Source: a virus (taxonomy: Duplodnaviria > Caudoviricetes). From it: a stretch of 64,000 bases of DNA. The DNA lies in the IMG/VR virus record IMGVR_UViG_3300013212_000088, positions 96,001 through 160,000 of that record. One strand, given 5' to 3'. The translations under genes were made by a program, and so were the position numbers. Position 1 is the stretch's first letter. Each line of letters begins with the position of its first letter. Shown here in pieces: positions 60,515 to 64,000 of this stretch. The notes under the pieces are model-generated. The model worked only from the letters and a program-made list of their open reading frames with translations. It was not told the DNA's origin and ran no database searches.

Positions 60515-60729
60515 TGCTGCCAATACCACATGATATAATTGAAAAGCTAAATGATGGATATTTTTTAATTGTTAAAGATGAAAAAAATATTACAGCTTGG
60601 CGAATCAAAGATGGTGAGCTTCAAAATAGGTGCAAGCATAAAACTGGTACAACTCATTGGATGACAATAAAGTATCTTATCTTGCCCATGGAAGCTGAAT
60701 ATTCGTTTAAGAAGATGAATGGAGAATGA
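60514..60729 (+). CDS. Paralogue family B, copy 1
   Basis: DIIEKLNDG..WRIKDGEL..W..LPMEAEYSF; aligns by eye with 60739 and 62649. Confidence 0.6.
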   Translation: MLPIPHDIIEKLNDGYFLIVKDEKNITAWRIKDGELQNRCKHKTGTTHWMTIKYLILPMEAEYSFKKMNGE

Positions 60730-60738
60730 GTGGAATAA

Positions 60739-60969
60739 ATGTTTAATATTTCTTTTGATATAATATACAAATTGAAAATGGGCTTTGTCGTTGTTCAAAA
60801 GCATGACAATGGTGTTTCAAAATGGAGAATCTTAGGCGATAGATTTGAGTCTTGCTTTTGTGATGAAAGTGTAACCGAGAACATCTGGGTTAAAGCTGAT
60901 GTATTGACTCTTGATCCTAATGCTTCTTATAGTTTTGTTCCAAAAACAAAAAATAAAAATGACTGGTAG
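60739..60969 (+). CDS. Paralogue family B, copy 2
   Basis: MFNISFDIIYKLKMG..WRILGDRFE..W..LDPNASYSF. Confidence 0.6.
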   Translation: MFNISFDIIYKLKMGFVVVQKHDNGVSKWRILGDRFESCFCDESVTENIWVKADVLTLDPNASYSFVPKTKNKNDW

Positions 60970-61228
60970 AGAAGTATTAACACATTTACACGCTGGCTAC
61001 ACTCTTAGGCGAAAAGAATGGGAGCCTGACCAAAAGTGTAAAGCTTATTTTAGTGAGGATATGTGGTCTGTAAAGATTAATATTAACGACCCAATATTAG
61101 GAGCTTTAGACACTCATTTAGTACCACAATGGGTTCCTGAAAAGCCTGAGTTTTCCAATTATGTATGCTACTATGATATTATTGATAACGGTGATTTATT
61201 AGAAGACGATTGGGAAATCGTAGAATGA
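60959..61228 (+). CDS. DUF2829/Tad2-like protein (MTG subtype)
   Basis: Start revised to 60959. MTGREVLTHLHAGYTLRRKEW..GDLLEDDWEIVE. Confidence 0.65.
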   Translation: MTGREVLTHLHAGYTLRRKEWEPDQKCKAYFSEDMWSVKININDPILGALDTHLVPQWVPEKPEFSNYVCYYDIIDNGDLLEDDWEIVE

Positions 61229-61452
61229 AATTCTCAGAAGTAGTTGATGCTTTAATGGAATACAAGCCAATATCGAGAAGTGGTTGGGCTGATGGCAAAT
61301 TTTTGTATCTTGATAAAGAACAAAATTGGTTTGCTTACCATATCAAAGAAGATTACGAAGAAGATGATTACGAATGCATCACCTATAGACTTAATTTATC
61401 ACCTGAAGACATATTTGCTAATGATTGGGAGATTTTAGATGAAGTTCTCTGA
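61225..61452 (+). CDS. DUF2829/Tad2-like protein (MKFSE subtype)
   Basis: Start revised to 61225 (ATGA overlap). MKFSEVVDALMEYKPISRSGW..PEDIFANDWEI. Confidence 0.7.
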   Translation: MKFSEVVDALMEYKPISRSGWADGKFLYLDKEQNWFAYHIKEDYEEDDYECITYRLNLSPEDIFANDWEILDEVL

Positions 61453-61705
61453 AGTTATTGACGCTTTAATGGAAGGTAAACCAATCTCAAGAACTGGTTG
61501 GGAAAATAACAACTATATCTTCTATGACAAAAATGACAATTGTTTTGTATTTGTAAATTATCCAGATGACATTGAAAAAAGATATGAATTGGCATCTGTA
61601 GGTCTTGATTTATACCCCCGTGATATAATTGCTGATGATTGGGATATTGATGATTGGGATCCAGACCATATTGTTGACGCTAACAAAAAGGTAGATGAAG
61701 AATGA
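61439..61705 (+). CDS. DUF2829/Tad2-like protein (MKFSE subtype)
   Basis: MKFSEVIDALMEGKPISRTGW..PRDIIADDWDI. Confidence 0.7.
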   Translation: MKFSEVIDALMEGKPISRTGWENNNYIFYDKNDNCFVFVNYPDDIEKRYELASVGLDLYPRDIIADDWDIDDWDPDHIVDANKKVDEE

Positions 61706-61720
61706 CTTGGAGATGCTGGA

Positions 61721-61939
61721 ATGAAATTTTCTGAAGTAGTTGACTCATTAATGGCTGGTAAACGTGTGCGTAAGACCAATTGGGAAAGCAAAACTGCTTT
61801 CTTTCTCTACGACAAGGAAGATAACACTTTTGATTTCTACGAAGTCTTAGATGGAGAAGTATGTAGGACTCAATTTTACACGGAGCTTAATCTTACTCCT
61901 AAAGATTTGATGTCTGACTTCTGGGAGGTTGTAGAATGA
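61721..61939 (+). CDS. DUF2829/Tad2-like protein (MKFSE subtype)
   Basis: MKFSEVVDSLMAGKRVRKTNW..PKDLMSDFWEVVE. Confidence 0.7.
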   Translation: MKFSEVVDSLMAGKRVRKTNWESKTAFFLYDKEDNTFDFYEVLDGEVCRTQFYTELNLTPKDLMSDFWEVVE

Positions 61940-62649
61940 CTGGAATTGAAGCTTTATCCCTGTTAAAAGATGGCAAAACTTTAAGAAGAGAATCCTGGGA
62001 ACCTCATGAAAAATGTAAAGCTTTAGATTTCTTTGGTCAATGGATTGTACACCTGATAAAAGAACATGATGATGAAAAGTTAGACAAAGAATTAGAGTCA
62101 ATATTTCAAAACAGTTTTACATTTACAAAGACCACTTTTGATGATTTCTTTGGATTATTTGATACAATAGATGCTGGAGAATTTCTTCATGATGATTGGC
62201 AAATTCAAAATGGCGAAAAAGAGAGACAAATAATTATAGAAAATATTATTATTCAAGCAGTTGACTGTTATCGACATGACTATTGGAAAGTAAGTTTAGA
62301 TTTGCTTGCCCAATTAAATATTTTTGATGCTATAAGTGATGATTCTTATTTGGGTAATGGGTCAGAACCTCTAAATGAAGATGGTTATGCCTATCTTGAA
62401 ATTGATTCTGATTGTAGTATTTTTGATAAAGCGATGAAGTTCTACAAAAAAGAATATTCGCTTGATTTAGATACACTTACAGAAGCTTATTGTGACGAAT
62501 ATGAAGATTATCGTGACTGGCTTGATCAATTAGATTCATATGATGTAGAGCTCTTAGATGAAAAAGGCTATACTGTTGATAATGTTCCTGAAGATTTATC
62601 TGCTGTTTTGATGGCGGATGAAGATGACGAAGAAGAGGATGAAGATTAA
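61936..62649 (+). CDS. DUF2829/Tad2-like N-terminal domain (MTG subtype) fused to a very acidic C-terminal domain
   Basis: MTGIEALSLLKDGKTLRRESW..GEFLHDDWQI, then about 145 aa rich in D/E ending DEDDEEEDED. Confidence 0.65.
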   Translation: MTGIEALSLLKDGKTLRRESWEPHEKCKALDFFGQWIVHLIKEHDDEKLDKELESIFQNSFTFTKTTFDDFFGLFDTIDAGEFLHDDWQIQNGEKERQIIIENIIIQAVDCYRHDYWKVSLDLLAQLNIFDAISDDSYLGNGSEPLNEDGYAYLEIDSDCSIFDKAMKFYKKEYSLDLDTLTEAYCDEYEDYRDWLDQLDSYDVELLDEKGYTVDNVPEDLSAVLMADEDDEEEDED

Positions 62650-62879
62650 TGTTAAATATCAATTTTGATTTATTTTATGAATTGAAACAAGGTTCTGTAA
62701 TTTCTAATACAGATAAGGATGTTGTCAAATATTGGAGAATGGTTGATGGTAATTTAGAAACAAGAATGGTCATCAATAAAGATGCACAAGATGATTGGTA
62801 TGTCACTGATCTATTTGTATTCCCTGTAGATGGAAAGTTTAATATTGAAGAGCGTTTTGAAAGATTTAGTTATGGATGA
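62649..62879 (+). CDS. Paralogue family B, copy 3
   Basis: MLNINFDLFYELKQG..YWRMVDGNLE..W..FPVDGKFNI. Confidence 0.6.
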   Translation: MLNINFDLFYELKQGSVISNTDKDVVKYWRMVDGNLETRMVINKDAQDDWYVTDLFVFPVDGKFNIEERFERFSYG

Positions 62880-63111
62880 AAACAAAGCTAAACGCCTTGA
62901 AAATATCGGCTTTAAAGTGGGGACACTAGCTGATTTTCTTAATCTTAACCCAGAAGAACAATCACAAATTGATAATGTCATAATTAAAAACGGCAAGCCA
63001 ATTGGTATTTGTGATTGTTTGGGTAAAGGAAAAGGATCTTGTAAAGGCAATGGATGGATAAGAGATGGAGCTGGATATCAAAGATGTCCTTACTTTACAT
63101 CTTTCGAGTAA
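62872..63111 (+). CDS. XRE-leader-like peptide fused to a DnaJ-like Cys/Gly zinc finger
   Basis: Start revised to 62872. MDENKAKRLENIGFKVGTLADFLNLNPEE plus CDCLGKGKGSCKGNGW..RCP. Confidence 0.6.
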   Translation: MDENKAKRLENIGFKVGTLADFLNLNPEEQSQIDNVIIKNGKPIGICDCLGKGKGSCKGNGWIRDGAGYQRCPYFTSFE

Positions 63112-63117
63112 ATAATT

Positions 63118-63372
63118 ATGAAATTCGTACAAACTCTGAAACATCTTAAACAGGGATTCAAAGCACGTAGAAAAAGTTGGGATGAATTATTTTGGATTTC
63201 TCTTGGTAATACTAAACAAGATGATGAAGGTGAGTTCGATGAAACTATTCTTGATAATAGCGAGCTTACTCCAGAAACATTTTTCTTAATTAATTTACAC
63301 GAAGGCATTGAAGCTTTTTGCCCATACTTACAAGACATAGAAGCTGATGATTGGATGATAGTAGAGGATTAA
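63118..63372 (+). CDS. DUF2829/Tad2-like protein (closest to the canonical signature)
   Basis: MKFVQTLKHLKQGFKARRKSW..FCPYLQDIEADDWMIVE matches F..AL..LK.G..v.R..W..P...D..A.DW. Confidence 0.75.
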   Translation: MKFVQTLKHLKQGFKARRKSWDELFWISLGNTKQDDEGEFDETILDNSELTPETFFLINLHEGIEAFCPYLQDIEADDWMIVED

Positions 63373-63373
63373 G

Positions 63374-63565
63374 ATGAAAGAAAAAGTTAGTGATCTTAAG
63401 TTTACAGGGTTTATTTGTTTTTCCATAGGCGCTGTATTAATTTACAATACATGGAATCGGAGTGGAACTTTGCCTGCAGACTTTCTTCTTGGTGCTTTAA
63501 CTGCATGGGCATTGAGATCTGGTTTTGCATATTTTAAAAGCGCAGAGAATCTTGAGGATGAATAA
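63374..63565 (+). CDS. Small two-TM membrane protein
   Basis: 63 aa with two hydrophobic segments. Confidence 0.6.
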   Translation: MKEKVSDLKFTGFICFSIGAVLIYNTWNRSGTLPADFLLGALTAWALRSGFAYFKSAENLEDE

Positions 63566-63570
63566 GGACG

Positions 63571-64000
63571 ATGAGCCAAAACAAATCAAAATTGATCCAG
63601 AAGAAATCAAAAGACTCCTCAAAATTATCTACGACTACAGAAAAAAACAACTTTAGTATTGCTGAAGAAGTATATCCAGATGAACCTGAAAAGCTAGAGA
63701 GATACAAAAAACAACGAGATGAAAGGGGATTTGACGATACTGAAACTTGGCACTTAGATAAATCCCTTACTCTTTTTTTAATTCCACGTTTAAAAAGATT
63801 TATAGAACTTAATAATGGATTTCCTTCCGGACAAACCGAAGAATCGTTTAATGAAAAACTTAACTTCATTCTTAAATCATTCGAAGAATATTATTATAGT
63901 GAAAATGATGAAGTATCTTTAGAATTAGAGAAAGAAAGATTAAGTAATGCTAAAAAGGCTGCTGCTTTATTAGGAGAAATCTGGTTTGATCTTTGGTGGT
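63571..64000 (+). CDS. Conserved phage hypothetical protein (RGFDDTETW..LWW family); stop lies just beyond the window
   Basis: Hand translation from the ATG at 63571 stays open to the edge: ..RGFDDTETWHLDKSLTLFLIPRLKRF..GFP..WFDLWW. Recalled as a common large-phage family of unknown function. Confidence 0.65.
   Translation, partial: MSQNKSKLIQKKSKDSSKLSTTTEKNNFSIAEEVYPDEPEKLERYKKQRDERGFDDTETWHLDKSLTLFLIPRLKRFIELNNGFPSGQTEESFNEKLNFILKSFEEYYYSENDEVSLELEKERLSNAKKAAALLGEIWFDLWW

Noticed and set aside
61702-61734. Overlapping 10-codon ORF MTWRCWNEIF between Tad2-like genes
   Set aside because: It is too short to support and probably a by-product of ATGA overlaps; the next gene has its own GGAG upstream.
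2235-63869. Many short ORFs in the track antisense to or nested in long genes (e.g. 2235, 4367, 6325, 12850, 19616, 22356, 27941, 34644, 41988, 56210, 59633, 63534)
   Set aside because: They are shadow frames of long AT-rich genes, with no SD, no recognisable motifs and S/L/F/I-biased composition.
1-64000. Stop-codon reassignment (TAG or TGA recoding), common in some large phages
   Set aside because: Genes tile densely under code 11. TAG (e.g. 31030, 37564, 51562) and TGA (e.g. 32167, 61228) end genes right where the next gene or a terminator begins.
1-64000. CRISPR array, tRNA genes, diversity-generating retroelement, introns/inteins, transposases
   Set aside because: No regularly spaced direct repeats, cloverleaf-like intergenic segments, reverse transcriptase, LAGLIDADG/HNH/intein motifs or transposase motifs were seen. 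Intergenic gaps are mostly under 120 bp. This was a by-eye scan only.

Overview
This is a 64-kb, AT-rich (roughly 30% GC by eye), densely coding segment of a large tailed-phage genome. It uses the standard genetic code and has no host housekeeping genes. Four blocks are visible. (1) 1-29838, minus strand: very large virion proteins (tail tip/hub, beta-rich fibre or appendage proteins, a 1782-aa Asn-rich protein, an Ala-rich protein) and a small Zn-ribbon gene. (2) 29902-51562, plus strand: head-completion and neck genes, a glycosyltransferase cluster, an Rnl1-type RNA ligase, a PHP-fold protein lacking its metal ligands, a Mu gp36-like connector, a tail terminator, two tail-tube-like paralogues and chaperones. 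(3) 51559-57755: mostly minus-strand genes, including a tandem ADP-ribosyltransferase-like protein and a GH5 glycoside hydrolase, plus RusA on the plus strand. (4) 57861-64000, plus strand: small, tightly coupled genes behind a near-consensus sigma70 promoter. No terminase, portal, major capsid or sheath gene, tRNA, CRISPR array or mobile element was recognised. Three candidates stand out. The first is an array of about 9 diversified DUF2829/Tad2-like (immune-signal sponge) units interleaved with a second paralogue family and two orphan XRE-antitoxin-like leader peptides, which suggests an anti-defence island. The second is a shared WY.../[KR]-x-A motif that may mark head-packaged, protease-processed cargo, including an ART-ART polyprotein. 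The third is a set of glycosyltransferases embedded in the morphogenesis operon. All family assignments come from motif recognition by eye and were not confirmed by database search.
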